DNA of 64,000 bases from positions 86,841 through 150,840 of the forward strand of contig JBAZUA010000003.1 in the NCBI GenBank assembly GCA_041661645.1, written 5' to 3'. Origin of the DNA: Minisyncoccota bacterium. Lineage in GTDB: Bacteria > Patescibacteriota > Minisyncoccia > Phycocordibacterales > UBA6065. This document shows, piece by piece, positions 1 through 9,398 of this stretch. The notes under the pieces are model-generated. The model saw nothing but the letters and a program-made list of their open reading frames with translations. It was not told the DNA's origin and searched no databases. Position numbers and translations under genes: made by a program. Position 1 is the stretch's first letter, and every line of letters begins with the position of its first letter.

Positions 1-76
1 TTGATACACTTATGGAATCGGCCGAAGACATATGCCGAATTAATCCATAATGTTCGCCGATTAACAAACACATAAC

Positions 77-853
77 ATGCATATCATGGAAAATCCCCAG
101 ATTAAGAAGATTGCGGTCATATTGGGCATCGTGCTCGTCATCTTTGTCGCGGCAAAGACCATAAGCGAGCTCAAGTCCATGAGCTACATCGGAAAGAGCG
201 TGAATGCCGCCAACGTCATAACCGTCTCCGGCAAGGGAGAGGTGTTCGCCACCCCGGACATAGCGACTTTCTCCTTTAGCGTCACCCAGGAGGCCGCCAA
301 TGTGGGCGATGCCCAGGCAAACGCGACCGAGAAGACCAACAAGATTCTCGCCTCGATAAAGGCTGCCGGCGTCGAGGACAAGGACATAAAGACCTCCTCA
401 TACAATATTTACCCTCGATACGAGTATCTGAACGCCGGCCCATATAGCTCGGGCACCCAGCGTCTCGCCGCCTATGTCGTCTCCCAGAGCGTGCAGGTCA
501 AGGTCCGCAAGCTCGAGGATGCCGGCAAGATCCTCTCGGACATCGGAAGCCTCGGCGCAACTGACGTGTCGGGACTCTCGTTCTCGGTGGACAAGCAGGA
601 TGACTTCGCGCGCGACGCCCGAAACCTCGCCATAAAGGACGCCCGAGATCAGGCTGCCGTTTTGGCCCACGCCCTCGGCGTCGATCTCGGCAGCATCACG
701 ACCTTCTATGAGTCGTCACCATCCCAGCCATATCCGATGTATTACGCAAAGGACATGATGGCATCTTCGGTACGGGTTGAGGCGGCGCCAAGCCTTCCAG
801 CGGGGGAGAGCAAGATCACGTCGAACGTGACTATCACGTACGAGATCAAGTAG
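77..853 (+). CDS. SIMPL-domain (DUF541-like) membrane-anchored periplasmic protein
   Basis: N-terminal TM helix, then SIMPL-like pattern VTVSGKGEV..PD.A.FSFSV..EA....AQA...KTNKIL..IKAAGV..KDIKT; start may be the second ATG at 86. Confidence 0.5.
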   Translation: MHIMENPQIKKIAVILGIVLVIFVAAKTISELKSMSYIGKSVNAANVITVSGKGEVFATPDIATFSFSVTQEAANVGDAQANATEKTNKILASIKAAGVEDKDIKTSSYNIYPRYEYLNAGPYSSGTQRLAAYVVSQSVQVKVRKLEDAGKILSDIGSLGATDVSGLSFSVDKQDDFARDARNLAIKDARDQAAVLAHALGVDLGSITTFYESSPSQPYPMYYAKDMMASSVRVEAAPSLPAGESKITSNVTITYEIK

Positions 854-987
854 TCGCTCGTGTCTCTTTTGAAAGGCACGGATATTTTCTTGCTAGAAAA
901 TTCCTCGAGCTCGCGCCGTCGCGCTCGCTAGTCCTTTCAAAAGAGACACCCGCTCCTTATTGCGAAGACAGCCTTAACGGGCTGTCT

Positions 988-1278
988 TTGCTTTTACTGA
1001 TTGGTGGGTGTAGTATCGGCCGGAGAAAGTTCACCATGAAAACATATAAAAAATACCACGTTCGCATGATTGGGTTTGTGTGCTCCGCATCCGTTGTCGG
1101 ATGGCTCATATCACTTGGAATGGTCTCGGCGTTTGGTCTTAAATTAACCCCATCGGGAGTCGCGCTCCTTTTTGTCCTTTTCGCAAGTCTGGCGCTTCTT
1201 ATGATTTGGTCTTTGCGGGTTCGTTTCAAGACCGATCCCAATTATGCGATGAGGGACTTCGGCATGGAGGAGCCGTGA
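988..1278 (+). CDS. hypothetical small membrane protein (2 TM helices)
   Basis: ORF with two hydrophobic helices; terminator hairpin follows; start uncertain (possibly MKTYKK). Confidence 0.3.
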   Translation: MLLLIGGCSIGRRKFTMKTYKKYHVRMIGFVCSASVVGWLISLGMVSAFGLKLTPSGVALLFVLFASLALLMIWSLRVRFKTDPNYAMRDFGMEEP

Positions 1279-1291
1279 ACTCCGACACTCA

Positions 1292-1320
1292 GGCCCTGTG
1301 AAAACAGGGTCTTTACTTTT
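1292..1320 (+). terminator. rho-independent terminator
   Basis: GGCCCTGtgaaaaCAGGGTC followed by TTTACTTTT. Confidence 0.5.
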
Positions 1321-1389
1321 CCTTTATCTTAGAGTATTATATCCCCAACAGCCCACCGGGGCGGTTTTTATTAACCAAAATTTCAACCT

Positions 1390-1575
1390 ATGAAACTCGT
1401 CGAATACATCAAAGAAACGAAAGGGGAAATGAAGCACGTCACCTGGCCGACCAGGAAGCAGGCAACCAATTACACGTTCCTCGTAATAGGCGTGTCCGTC
1501 GCCGTGGCCCTTCTCCTCGCCCTCGCCGACAAGATATTCGCCCTCGGTCTCGAGAAGCTCATATTCAACAAATAA
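1390..1575 (+). CDS. secE: preprotein translocase subunit SecE
   Basis: 61 aa, single C-terminal TM helix, immediately upstream of nusG (conserved secE-nusG-rplK order). Confidence 0.75.
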   Translation: MKLVEYIKETKGEMKHVTWPTRKQATNYTFLVIGVSVAVALLLALADKIFALGLEKLIFNK

Positions 1576-1577
1576 CC

Positions 1578-2123
1578 ATGTCTAAACAGCAAACAGGCGG
1601 AGAGCGCCACTGGTACGCGATTCACACCTATGCCGGATACGAGAATGCCGTCGCCCGAAACCTCAGGCAGCGCATCGACTCGCTCGGCATGCAGGACAGG
1701 ATATTCAACGTGCTCGTCCCGACCGAGACCAAGATAAAGGTGAAGGGAGGCAAGCGCATCGAGGAGGAGGAAAAGGTATATCCCGGATACATCCTCGTGG
1801 ACATGATCGTGACCGATGACTCGTGGTTCATGGTTCGAAACACCCCTCGCGTCACCGGCTTCGTCGGCTCCGGCGTCCACCCAGTGCCCCTCACCCAGAA
1901 GGAGATCGACCAGCTCCTCGGACGCATGGACTCTGCGACCGTCAAGCACGAGATAAACCTCGCCCAGGACGACATCGTCCGCATCGCGGACGGCCCGTTC
2001 AAGGACATGGAGGGTCGTGTCAGCGAAGTCGACGACAATCGCGGCAAGGTCAAGGTCCTCGTGGCCATGTTCGGCCGAGAGACCCCCGTCGAGCTCGATT
2101 TCTTGCAGGTTAAGAAGATTTAA
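1578..2123 (+). CDS. nusG: transcription termination/antitermination factor NusG
   Basis: NGN domain (WYAIHTYAGYENAV) and C-terminal KOW motif (GPFKDMEGRVSEVDDNRGKVKV). Confidence 0.9.
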   Translation: MSKQQTGGERHWYAIHTYAGYENAVARNLRQRIDSLGMQDRIFNVLVPTETKIKVKGGKRIEEEEKVYPGYILVDMIVTDDSWFMVRNTPRVTGFVGSGVHPVPLTQKEIDQLLGRMDSATVKHEINLAQDDIVRIADGPFKDMEGRVSEVDDNRGKVKVLVAMFGRETPVELDFLQVKKI

Positions 2124-2153
2124 GGTAGTCTACTCCTCACTAAACAAACCATT

Positions 2154-2576
2154 ATGGCAAAGAAAATTACAAAGATGCTCAAGCTTCAGATTCCAGGCGG
2201 CAAGGCCGTTCCAGGCCAGGCCCTGGGTCCAGCCCTCGGTTCCGCCGGCATCAACATCGGCGAGTTCGTCAAGCGCTTCAACGACGAGACCAAGGCCCGC
2301 ATCGGCGAGGTGGTTCCTACCATCATCGAGGTGTACGACGACCGAAGCTACAAGCTCATCTACAAGACCGAGCCCGCATCAAAGATGATCCTCAAGGTCC
2401 TCGGAAAGGAGAGCGGTTCCGGCAAGCCTAACACCGTGAAGGTGGGCACCATCACCAAGGCTCAGGTCAAGGTGATTGCCGAGAAGAAGCTTCCCGACCT
2501 CAACACCGACGATGTCGCCGCGGCCATGAGGATGGTCGAGGGCACCGCCCGAAACATGGGAGTCGACGTCAAGTAA
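2154..2576 (+). CDS. rplK: 50S ribosomal protein L11
   Basis: MAKKITKMLKLQIPGGKA.PG.ALGPALG..GIN...F.K.FN is canonical L11. Confidence 0.95.
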   Translation: MAKKITKMLKLQIPGGKAVPGQALGPALGSAGINIGEFVKRFNDETKARIGEVVPTIIEVYDDRSYKLIYKTEPASKMILKVLGKESGSGKPNTVKVGTITKAQVKVIAEKKLPDLNTDDVAAAMRMVEGTARNMGVDVK

Positions 2577-2592
2577 GTTCACATACGAAAAG

Positions 2593-2624
2593 AAAAAGTC
2601 GCCCTTATGGGCGACTTTTTTTAT
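2593..2624 (+). terminator. rho-independent terminator after rplK
   Basis: AAAAAGTCGCCCttatGGGCGACTTTTTTT. Confidence 0.8.
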
Positions 2625-2650
2625 GCGAAGGGAAGATATATACTTCTGGC

Positions 2651-3154
2651 ATGAGCGAAAACACATCATCGGCACACATCCGCCCTTCCTGGGACGAGTA
2701 CTTCATGAAGATTTGTGGGGTCGTGGGAGAGAGGGGGACCTGCGATAGGGGCAGGGCAAGCTGTGTCATTGTGAAAGACAAGCGTATCCTGGTCACGGGC
2801 TATGCTGGCGCACCCGCTGGCGTGAGGCATTGCGATGAGGTTGGCCATGAGATTCACACGGTTATTCAGGAGGATGGAACCCAGTCAAAGCACTGCATAC
2901 GGACCAGCCATGCCGAACAGAACGCCATAGCCAATGCGGCCCGAAACGGGGTGGCGGTTTTCGAGGGCACCGTGTATTGCAATATGACCCCCTGCTATAC
3001 CTGCGCCAAGATACTCATCAATGCGGGCATAAGGAGGGTCGTTGCCAACAAGGACTATCATGCCGCCAAAAGGAGCAAGGAGGTGTTTGCCGAGGCGGGC
3101 GTGGAACTCGTCATACTCCACAACGAGGTCGAGACCTATTCGAATATGAAATAA
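2651..3154 (+). CDS. dCMP deaminase (cytidine/deoxycytidylate deaminase family)
   Basis: Zn-binding motifs HAEQNA and PCYTC..C, ComEB-like length. Confidence 0.85.
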   Translation: MSENTSSAHIRPSWDEYFMKICGVVGERGTCDRGRASCVIVKDKRILVTGYAGAPAGVRHCDEVGHEIHTVIQEDGTQSKHCIRTSHAEQNAIANAARNGVAVFEGTVYCNMTPCYTCAKILINAGIRRVVANKDYHAAKRSKEVFAEAGVELVILHNEVETYSNMK

Positions 3155-3170
3155 AGGCCCAACAGGGGCA

Positions 3171-3203
3171 CGAAAAACACCTCATTTATTGAGGTGTTTT
3201 TCG
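3171..3203. terminator. bidirectional terminator between convergent dCMP deaminase and thyX
   Basis: GAAAAACACCTCAtttatTGAGGTGTTTTTCG, with A/T tracts on both sides. Confidence 0.75.
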
Positions 3204-3224
3204 CGCCCTAGTGTAGGCCTGCTT

Positions 3225-4517
3225 TTAATCCTTTCTCACGATATCCTGCGCGCCACGCTTGATGTTCCAGGTTCCCGGCGACATGTCATGGTGCATGGCG
3301 AGACCGGGGACAGCGGCCTTGAGGGCCTCTCCCATCCTTTGGGCCTGCAGACGAAGGGTTGGATGTACGGTATCCGAAGATCTAAGCTCTGCTGTATAGA
3401 CGGCTGCGGGGAGAGGACATGTCATCTTTACGACAACTGTGTATCCCATTGCTACATAATATTGTTTGACCTCATCGCCTGCGTCGAGGGCGTCGATCTT
3501 CTGGGCCTGTGCGGCGATGAGGGCCAATGCCTCGGCCTTGAGCGCCTCGGGAAGCTGCTCGAGATACCAGTCATAGAAGCCATGTTTGGTCGAGAGGAGC
3601 GGCATCTCCTGCACGCAGCTGCGATGCCGCTGAAGGTCGCGATATGATCCGAAGTCGAGGGGAAAAGAGAAAATGATGTTTCCGTACTGGCGAATGCGCT
3701 GATGGAGTTCGGCCTTTGCTGGGCGGTCGGAAAGGAGCTTGGCGTGTCGGGCGAGACCGTCGAGGTCGAGCTTTGACTGATACGAGAATCCCGTGATCGA
3801 GGCATCGTCGAAGAAGGCGAACTCCCTCATGCTCTCGGCGATGTACGCCTCCTCGCCCGGATACTCTTTGTGAGAGAAGCTCGATGGGTACTTCCTCTTC
3901 AGTTCATCGTGAATCATGGACGCAACCTCGCGCACCTCGGCGAGGGGATGGTTTCGCATCTCCTTGATATGGTCATATGCCTGGCGAAGATTGGTGTGCC
4001 ATGCCGCGTAGGTCGTGACGCCGGCGGGGAGGAAGCCTCGGGCTATGTCGAAGGCGCGGGCCTTGATGGCCTTCTCGTACATCGTGTCCTTCTCGCCCTC
4101 CTTCATGGGGAAGCGCTCCTTGAGCACGGGCATGAGGGCCTCGAGGATGTGCCTGTAGAATGCCATCCATCCGTCCTGTATCGCCTTGCCCTCGACGCTG
4201 CCCAGGGGATTGAGCACTTCCTGTGCCGCCATGTCGAGGTAGCGGGTGCTTGCCTCCTGTCCGCTGTAAAGCGGCCAGTCCTGCACGGCCTTTGCGACGA
4301 GCATGCTGACGTTCTCGATGAATATGCTGGCCGTTCCGCAGTCTCCGATGGACTTGTGCCCGTAGCCGACATAATAGCTCGCCATGAACTTCTCGGCGCC
4401 GCCTTCCTTCACCTTGGTCAGGTGCTCTTTGACGCTGCGCGGGCTGCGCGAGTACAGGGCCTGGAGCATGGCTACCACCTCGGGGGACAGGTCATCGACG
4501 ATTATGATTTCTTTCAT
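3225..4517 (-). CDS. thyX: flavin-dependent thymidylate synthase ThyX, long form (degenerate N-terminal ThyX-like half plus canonical C-terminal half)
   Basis: ThyX signature RHRX7S present as RHRSCVQEMPLLS; an HxS..EH..F-like segment in the N-half; context with dCMP deaminase, glyA, tmk, dut. Confidence 0.7.
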   Translation of the reverse strand: MKEIIIVDDLSPEVVAMLQALYSRSPRSVKEHLTKVKEGGAEKFMASYYVGYGHKSIGDCGTASIFIENVSMLVAKAVQDWPLYSGQEASTRYLDMAAQEVLNPLGSVEGKAIQDGWMAFYRHILEALMPVLKERFPMKEGEKDTMYEKAIKARAFDIARGFLPAGVTTYAAWHTNLRQAYDHIKEMRNHPLAEVREVASMIHDELKRKYPSSFSHKEYPGEEAYIAESMREFAFFDDASITGFSYQSKLDLDGLARHAKLLSDRPAKAELHQRIRQYGNIIFSFPLDFGSYRDLQRHRSCVQEMPLLSTKHGFYDWYLEQLPEALKAEALALIAAQAQKIDALDAGDEVKQYYVAMGYTVVVKMTCPLPAAVYTAELRSSDTVHPTLRLQAQRMGEALKAAVPGLAMHHDMSPGTWNIKRGAQDIVRKD

Positions 4518-4619
4518 GGGCCTATTGTAGCGGTTTTGGGTCCGGGAAAGAAGTGCAGAACTCTGTTGACCGATGGCGTTTTAAGGCGTATAAAAAGCAA
4601 CAGAACACCTTACATAACC

Positions 4620-5147
4620 ATGAATACAATCGTAAGATCAAGACCGCTCGTGATCCCGGCTCCCTTTGAGCCCGTCGATAGTCTGCTTGGTTGCATCGGC
4701 AACATTCATTGTCGTCGGCCGTCAGAGAAGATTGTCCCGAAATCCTCCTGTGTGCTCGACATTCACTTTGTCCCCATCGGCAGGATCTGTCGGGACGCCA
4801 CCGATCTCCATCAGGGAATGCTCGACGCGCTTATCACCCACAGGCTCAAGCCGGTGTCACTGTATCAGGCCCTGTGCTTCAACAAGGATAATCAGCCCTT
4901 TCAAAGGCATCAGCCGTTCGTTGCCGCAGGGCACGCCTTCGGATCCGCCGAGCGTGATCGCTTCCAGGGTCCGTATGACGAGAGGGTCAGTCTCGAGCTC
5001 TCGAATCTCCGTCAGTTCGCGAGCGGGGGCACGTCACCGTATCTCATCATGCTGGCGACGAACCCTACTTCGGTTGACCAAGGTTGTTTTGAGGGAGAGG
5101 TCCTGAATCAGGCTCTCAAGTCCCTCATGCCGCCATTTTCTTGGTAG
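4620..5147 (+). CDS. hypothetical protein (Cys-containing, about 175 aa)
   Basis: Downstream part of a long ORF; the ATG at 4620 has the genome-typical aaccATG context; upstream part rejected as antisense of thyX. Confidence 0.3.
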   Translation: MNTIVRSRPLVIPAPFEPVDSLLGCIGNIHCRRPSEKIVPKSSCVLDIHFVPIGRICRDATDLHQGMLDALITHRLKPVSLYQALCFNKDNQPFQRHQPFVAAGHAFGSAERDRFQGPYDERVSLELSNLRQFASGGTSPYLIMLATNPTSVDQGCFEGEVLNQALKSLMPPFSW

Positions 5148-5241
5148 GTTTCATAGAGCGGCCACCCTTCCGGTGACCGCTTTTTTTATTCGTTTTCCGC
5201 ATGATAGTATTGAGGCACTTATAAGCGTCACCATCATCCCC

Positions 5242-6411
5242 ATGAAAGACACCCAGATCAAGAAGCTCATACAGGCAGAGAAGTCTCGCCAGAAGTCGGC
5301 CACGAACCTCATCGCCTCCGAGAACTACGTCTCAAAGGACGTCCTCGAGGCCCTCGGTTCCGAGCTCACCAACAAGTACGCCGAGGGTTATCCCGGCAAG
5401 CGATACTACGGGGGGAATGTCATCATCGACAAGGTGGAGAATCTGGCCATCGAGCGCGCCCTCAAATTATATGGTCTCGATGCTGCCGAGTGGCATGTGA
5501 ACACGCAGGCGCTTTCGGGATCCCCGGCGAACCTTGCCGTCTATGTCGGCCTCCTCGAGAAGGGGGACAAGGTCATGGGCATGTCTCTCGATCATGGCGG
5601 ACACCTCACTCACGGTCACAAGGTCTCGGCCACCGGAAAATTCTGGACGCAGGTGCCGTACGGCGTCTCGAAGGACATTGAGGTGCTTGATTACGAAAAC
5701 CTGAAGGAGATCGCGTTGCGCGAGAAGCCAAAGATGATCATCGCCGGCTTCACCGCATACCCTCGCGTCATCGACTGGAAGAAGTTTCGCGAGATCACCG
5801 ATGCCTGCGGGGCGTATCTCATGGTGGACATGTCGCATGTCGCCGGTCTCGTCGCGGGCAATGCGTACCCAAGCCCTTTTCCATACGCCGACATCGTCAC
5901 GACCACGACGCACAAGACCTTGCGAGGGCCCCGAGGTGCCCTCATCTTTGCAAAGAAGGATGTTCGCGACCTCGGCAAGAAGATAGACAAGGCGGTGTTC
6001 CCCGGCCTTCAGGGCGGTCCGCACATGAATCAGACGGCTGCCATCGCTGTCGCCCTCAGGGAGGCTGCGACTCCGGCCTTCAGGAAGTACGCGACGCAGG
6101 TTAAGAAGAATGCCTCGGCCCTTGCCGGCGAACTGACCAGGCTCGGCTGGAGGGTCATATCGGGGGGCACCGACAGCCATCTCATCCTCGTCGACGTGTC
6201 AGGTGCCAACATCGGCGGCGCCGAGGCGAGCGACAGGCTCGAGAGGGCAGGCATCATCGTCAACAAGAATGCGATACCTTTCGACACTCGACCGCCCGTT
6301 GACCCTTCGGGAATCAGGCTCGGCACGGCGGGGGAGACGACCAAGGGAAGGAAGGAGAAGGACATGGTCGCCCTCGCGAGAAAGATAGACCTCATTTTAC
6401 GCAGGAAATAA
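5242..6411 (+). CDS. glyA: serine hydroxymethyltransferase
   Basis: IASENYVS..VLEA.GS.LTNKYAEGYPGKRYYGG, PLP-lysine region TTTTHKTLRGPRG. Confidence 0.95.
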   Translation: MKDTQIKKLIQAEKSRQKSATNLIASENYVSKDVLEALGSELTNKYAEGYPGKRYYGGNVIIDKVENLAIERALKLYGLDAAEWHVNTQALSGSPANLAVYVGLLEKGDKVMGMSLDHGGHLTHGHKVSATGKFWTQVPYGVSKDIEVLDYENLKEIALREKPKMIIAGFTAYPRVIDWKKFREITDACGAYLMVDMSHVAGLVAGNAYPSPFPYADIVTTTTHKTLRGPRGALIFAKKDVRDLGKKIDKAVFPGLQGGPHMNQTAAIAVALREAATPAFRKYATQVKKNASALAGELTRLGWRVISGGTDSHLILVDVSGANIGGAEASDRLERAGIIVNKNAIPFDTRPPVDPSGIRLGTAGETTKGRKEKDMVALARKIDLILRRK

Positions 6412-6444
6412 TCTCTGCTATCCTGCCCTCAAACAATTGATCTT

Positions 6445-7137
6445 ATGAAAACAGAAACACAAGGCAAAGGCAGGTTGATAGTGATCGATGGAACGGACGG
6501 CTCGGGCAAGGCGACGCAGACGAAGCTCCTCGTCCAAAAGATGCAGTCTCTGGGGCGAAAGGTCGCCACCATGGACTTTCCTCGGTATGCCGACAATTTC
6601 TACGGGAAGCTCATTCGAGAGTGTCTCGACGGCAAGCACGGCGATTTCATCGGCATGGATCCGTATGTTGCATCGACGCTCTATGCGAATGACAGGCTCG
6701 AGTCCAAGCCCGTCATCATGGCACATCTCGACGCGGGCGGCGACTGGGCCTTTGATCGTTACGTGAGCGCGAATAGCATCCATCAGGGAGGGAAGATCAG
6801 GGATGAAGGGGAACGAAGAAAGTATTTCTCCTGGTCCGAGTATCTCGAATATGTCAGGAACGGGCTCCCTCGTCCCGACATAACGGTGTATCTGAACCTG
6901 GATGTCTCGGTCAGCATGAGGTTGGCCCGAGAACGCGCGATTTCCAAGGGCCAGTCTCCCGATCAGTCGGAGGGAGACGCCAAACATCAGCACGAGGCGA
7001 GGGAAAGCGCGGTCTCCATCATCCGTCAGTCCAGCAATTGGGTTTTGGTCGATTGCAACGACGGGACGGGAGGAATCCTCTCTGTCGAGGCGATTCACCA
7101 AAAGGTCTGGGACGCAGTCAGGCATCTCTTTGCATAA
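6445..7137 (+). CDS. tmk: thymidylate kinase
   Basis: P-loop IVIDGTDGSGKATQ and DRY-like motif FDRY. Confidence 0.85.
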   Translation: MKTETQGKGRLIVIDGTDGSGKATQTKLLVQKMQSLGRKVATMDFPRYADNFYGKLIRECLDGKHGDFIGMDPYVASTLYANDRLESKPVIMAHLDAGGDWAFDRYVSANSIHQGGKIRDEGERRKYFSWSEYLEYVRNGLPRPDITVYLNLDVSVSMRLARERAISKGQSPDQSEGDAKHQHEARESAVSIIRQSSNWVLVDCNDGTGGILSVEAIHQKVWDAVRHLFA

Positions 7138-7140
7138 ACG

Positions 7141-7173
7141 AAGGCCCGCGCAGCGATGCGCGGGCTTTTTTCC
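7141..7173 (+). terminator. rho-independent terminator after tmk
   Basis: GGCCCGCGCagcgatGCGCGGGCTTTTTT. Confidence 0.8.
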
Positions 7174-7195
7174 TGTTTTTTGCTATATTTTACGT

Positions 7196-7630
7196 ATGAG
7201 AAAGACTCTCAAGATAGTCAGGGTGAGGGGCAATGTTCCCATGCCGAAGTATGCCCTCGCTGGCGATGCGGGTTTTGACCTCTATGTGAGTGAGCGCATA
7301 ACTCTCGCGTCCATGGAACGAACCTCGGTTAATACGGGTTACAAGATGGAGATCCCTGATGATCACGTCGGTATGATTCAGGAGAAAAGCGGTTTGGCCC
7401 ACAAACACGGCATCATCACCTTCGGTAACGTCATTGACGCGGGATACCGGGGTGAGGTCCGGGTTGGCGTCATGAATCTTGGCGCCGAATCATACACCTT
7501 CGAGCCCGGACACAAGATTGCCCAGATGATTGTCCATAAATACGAGACAATGAGATTCAAGGAGGTGAAGGATGGTGACCTCTCGACGTCGGACAGGGGA
7601 GAGCGAGGCTTCGGTAGCACGGGCAAATAA
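7196..7630 (+). CDS. dut: dUTP diphosphatase (dUTPase)
   Basis: AGDAGFDLY, GVIDAGYRGEV and C-terminal DRGERGFGSTG motifs; the ORF upstream of 7196 runs through the terminator. Confidence 0.9.
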   Translation: MRKTLKIVRVRGNVPMPKYALAGDAGFDLYVSERITLASMERTSVNTGYKMEIPDDHVGMIQEKSGLAHKHGIITFGNVIDAGYRGEVRVGVMNLGAESYTFEPGHKIAQMIVHKYETMRFKEVKDGDLSTSDRGERGFGSTGK

Positions 7631-7634
7631 ACAT

Positions 7635-9350
7635 ATGGTCATCCAAGACTTAAAATTACTCATACAGAAGGCTCTCAAGAATCTTTCGCTCGAAGCGGGA
7701 GATTTTACGATAGAGCATCCCGCCGACATGTCGCGCGGCGACTTTGCGACGAGCGTTGCACTCTCTCTGGCTAAACAGGCCAAGGTGAACCCTCGTGAGC
7801 TTGCCGATAGGATAGCGACGGAACTCAACCTCGCAAAGCCCTCGTACATCGAAAAAATGGAAGTCGCGGGCGCAGGGTTCATCAATATAACGCTTTCCAG
7901 GACTTTCTTTGCCCACGAGATGGAGGTCATTCTCAAGCGTGGCAAGCTCTATGGCTCGTCGAACGAGTGGAGGGGCACCAAGGCGCTCGTCGAATACACC
8001 GATCCGAACCCTCTCAAGGTGTTCCACATTGGTCACCTCATGTCGAACGCCATCGGAGAATCGATCGCGCGTCTTATCGCCTCGCAGGGCGCCAAGGTCC
8101 GCCGCATGTGCTATCAGGGAGACGTGGGCCTCCACATAGCCAAGACCCTGTGGGGGATCATGAGGCGAGAGGGGGAATTCCCGTCGCGTCGCGTGCCCAT
8201 CGCCGATCGAGTCGCCTTCCTCGGGGCCTGCTATGTTCAGGGGTCGAACGCATACGAGGATAGTCCCGAGGCAAAGACCGAGATAGAGGCCATAAACAAG
8301 AAGATATACGAGGGCTCCGACAGGAAGCTCATGAAGTACTATAAGCTCGGACGCACGTGGAGCCTCGACCATCTCGAGGGGATATACAAGAAGCTTGGAA
8401 CCAGGTTTGACTATTATGTGCTTGAGAGCGAGATCATGCACGACGGCGTCGCCATCGTGAACGAGTATCTCGAGAAGGGGATATTCGAGAAGAGCGACGG
8501 CGCTGTCGTCTTCAGGGGCGAGGCCCATGACCCGAAGCTCCACACCCGCGTCTTCATTAATTCTCAGGGACTGCCGACATATGAGGCAAAGGAACTCGGC
8601 CTTAATACTCGCAAGTGGAAGAGGGTCCGTCCCGACCGCTCGATCATAATCACGGCGAACGAGCAGTCGGACTATTTTCGCGTGGTGCTCAAGGCCTTCG
8701 AGCTTATCCTGCCCGAGGCACGCAAGGTGACCGAACATGTCTCTCATGGCATGATGCGCTTTGCCGACGGAAAGATGGGTTCCCGAAAGGGTAATATCAT
8801 CACCGGGGAATCCATGATCGAGGACGTCGAGAAGATGGTCTTCGAGAAGCTCGTCGGTCGCGACATGCCAGAGAAGGACAAGGCGGGCGTCGCCGAGATC
8901 GTCGCCGTGTCGGCAATCAAATATTCCATACTCAAGCAGACAACGTCGAGCGACATCATCTATGATTTCGACAAGTCCATATCGTTCGAGGGTGATTCGG
9001 GCCCGTACCTTTTGTATACCGCGGTCCGTGCCGGTGCGATTCTGGCAAAGGCAGATAAAGAAAAGATAAAAGGGAAGATAGCCCCTGACGCCGAGCCCGA
9101 TGCGATTTCAAGGACGCTTGCCCGCTTCCCGGAAGTCGTGTCTCGCGCCGCGAACGAGAAGGCTCCCCATTATGTCGCCACCTATCTGACCGAGCTCTCG
9201 TCACTTTTCAACTCGTGGTATGCGAATACGACCATTGTGAGCAAAGACGATCCTCTGTCCCCACACAGGGTTGCTTTGACCAGGGCTGTGCGCATCGTCC
9301 TCGTGAACGGGCTTGATCTGCTGGGCATCAAGGCACCTGAGAGGATGTAG
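7635..9350 (+). CDS. argS: arginyl-tRNA synthetase
   Basis: ArgRS N-terminal add-1 domain, HIGH-like HIGHLMSNAIGES, C-terminal DALR anticodon-binding region; start taken at the ATG with aacatATG context. Confidence 0.9.
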   Translation: MVIQDLKLLIQKALKNLSLEAGDFTIEHPADMSRGDFATSVALSLAKQAKVNPRELADRIATELNLAKPSYIEKMEVAGAGFINITLSRTFFAHEMEVILKRGKLYGSSNEWRGTKALVEYTDPNPLKVFHIGHLMSNAIGESIARLIASQGAKVRRMCYQGDVGLHIAKTLWGIMRREGEFPSRRVPIADRVAFLGACYVQGSNAYEDSPEAKTEIEAINKKIYEGSDRKLMKYYKLGRTWSLDHLEGIYKKLGTRFDYYVLESEIMHDGVAIVNEYLEKGIFEKSDGAVVFRGEAHDPKLHTRVFINSQGLPTYEAKELGLNTRKWKRVRPDRSIIITANEQSDYFRVVLKAFELILPEARKVTEHVSHGMMRFADGKMGSRKGNIITGESMIEDVEKMVFEKLVGRDMPEKDKAGVAEIVAVSAIKYSILKQTTSSDIIYDFDKSISFEGDSGPYLLYTAVRAGAILAKADKEKIKGKIAPDAEPDAISRTLARFPEVVSRAANEKAPHYVATYLTELSSLFNSWYANTTIVSKDDPLSPHRVALTRAVRIVLVNGLDLLGIKAPERM

Positions 9351-9398
9351 GTGGGGTGCCCTTGCCTTTATCTTATTTTCATGGGAATCTGACAATAG

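Noticed and set aside
1279-1389. Looked for tRNA-Trp upstream of secE (a common arrangement)
   Set aside because: Only a terminator hairpin is present; no cloverleaf.
1823-2113. Arg-rich 96-aa plus-strand ORF overlapping nusG in another frame; similar Arg/Pro-rich ORFs elsewhere (e.g. 39271..40065, 40207..40686, 5801..5986)
   Set aside because: Alternative-frame artefacts of GC-rich coding sequence overlapping confidently called genes (rplJ/rplL, nusG, glyA).
3870-4619. Upstream 250 codons of the long plus-strand ORF 3870..5147
   Set aside because: Entirely antisense to the well-supported thyX gene and reads as the Arg/Leu/Gly-rich shadow typical of a GC-rich opposite frame. Only the downstream part, from the ATG at 4620 (with the native aaccATG context), was kept as a low-confidence gene.
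7656-8747. 363-aa minus-strand ORF inside argS, and similar antisense ORFs in pyk (61071..61742), tatD (21870..22562), AI-2E (19304..19966), SHMT (5467..6180), secD (52477..53394), sugar transferase (50434..51183)
   Set aside because: Shadow ORFs of confidently identified genes on the other strand.
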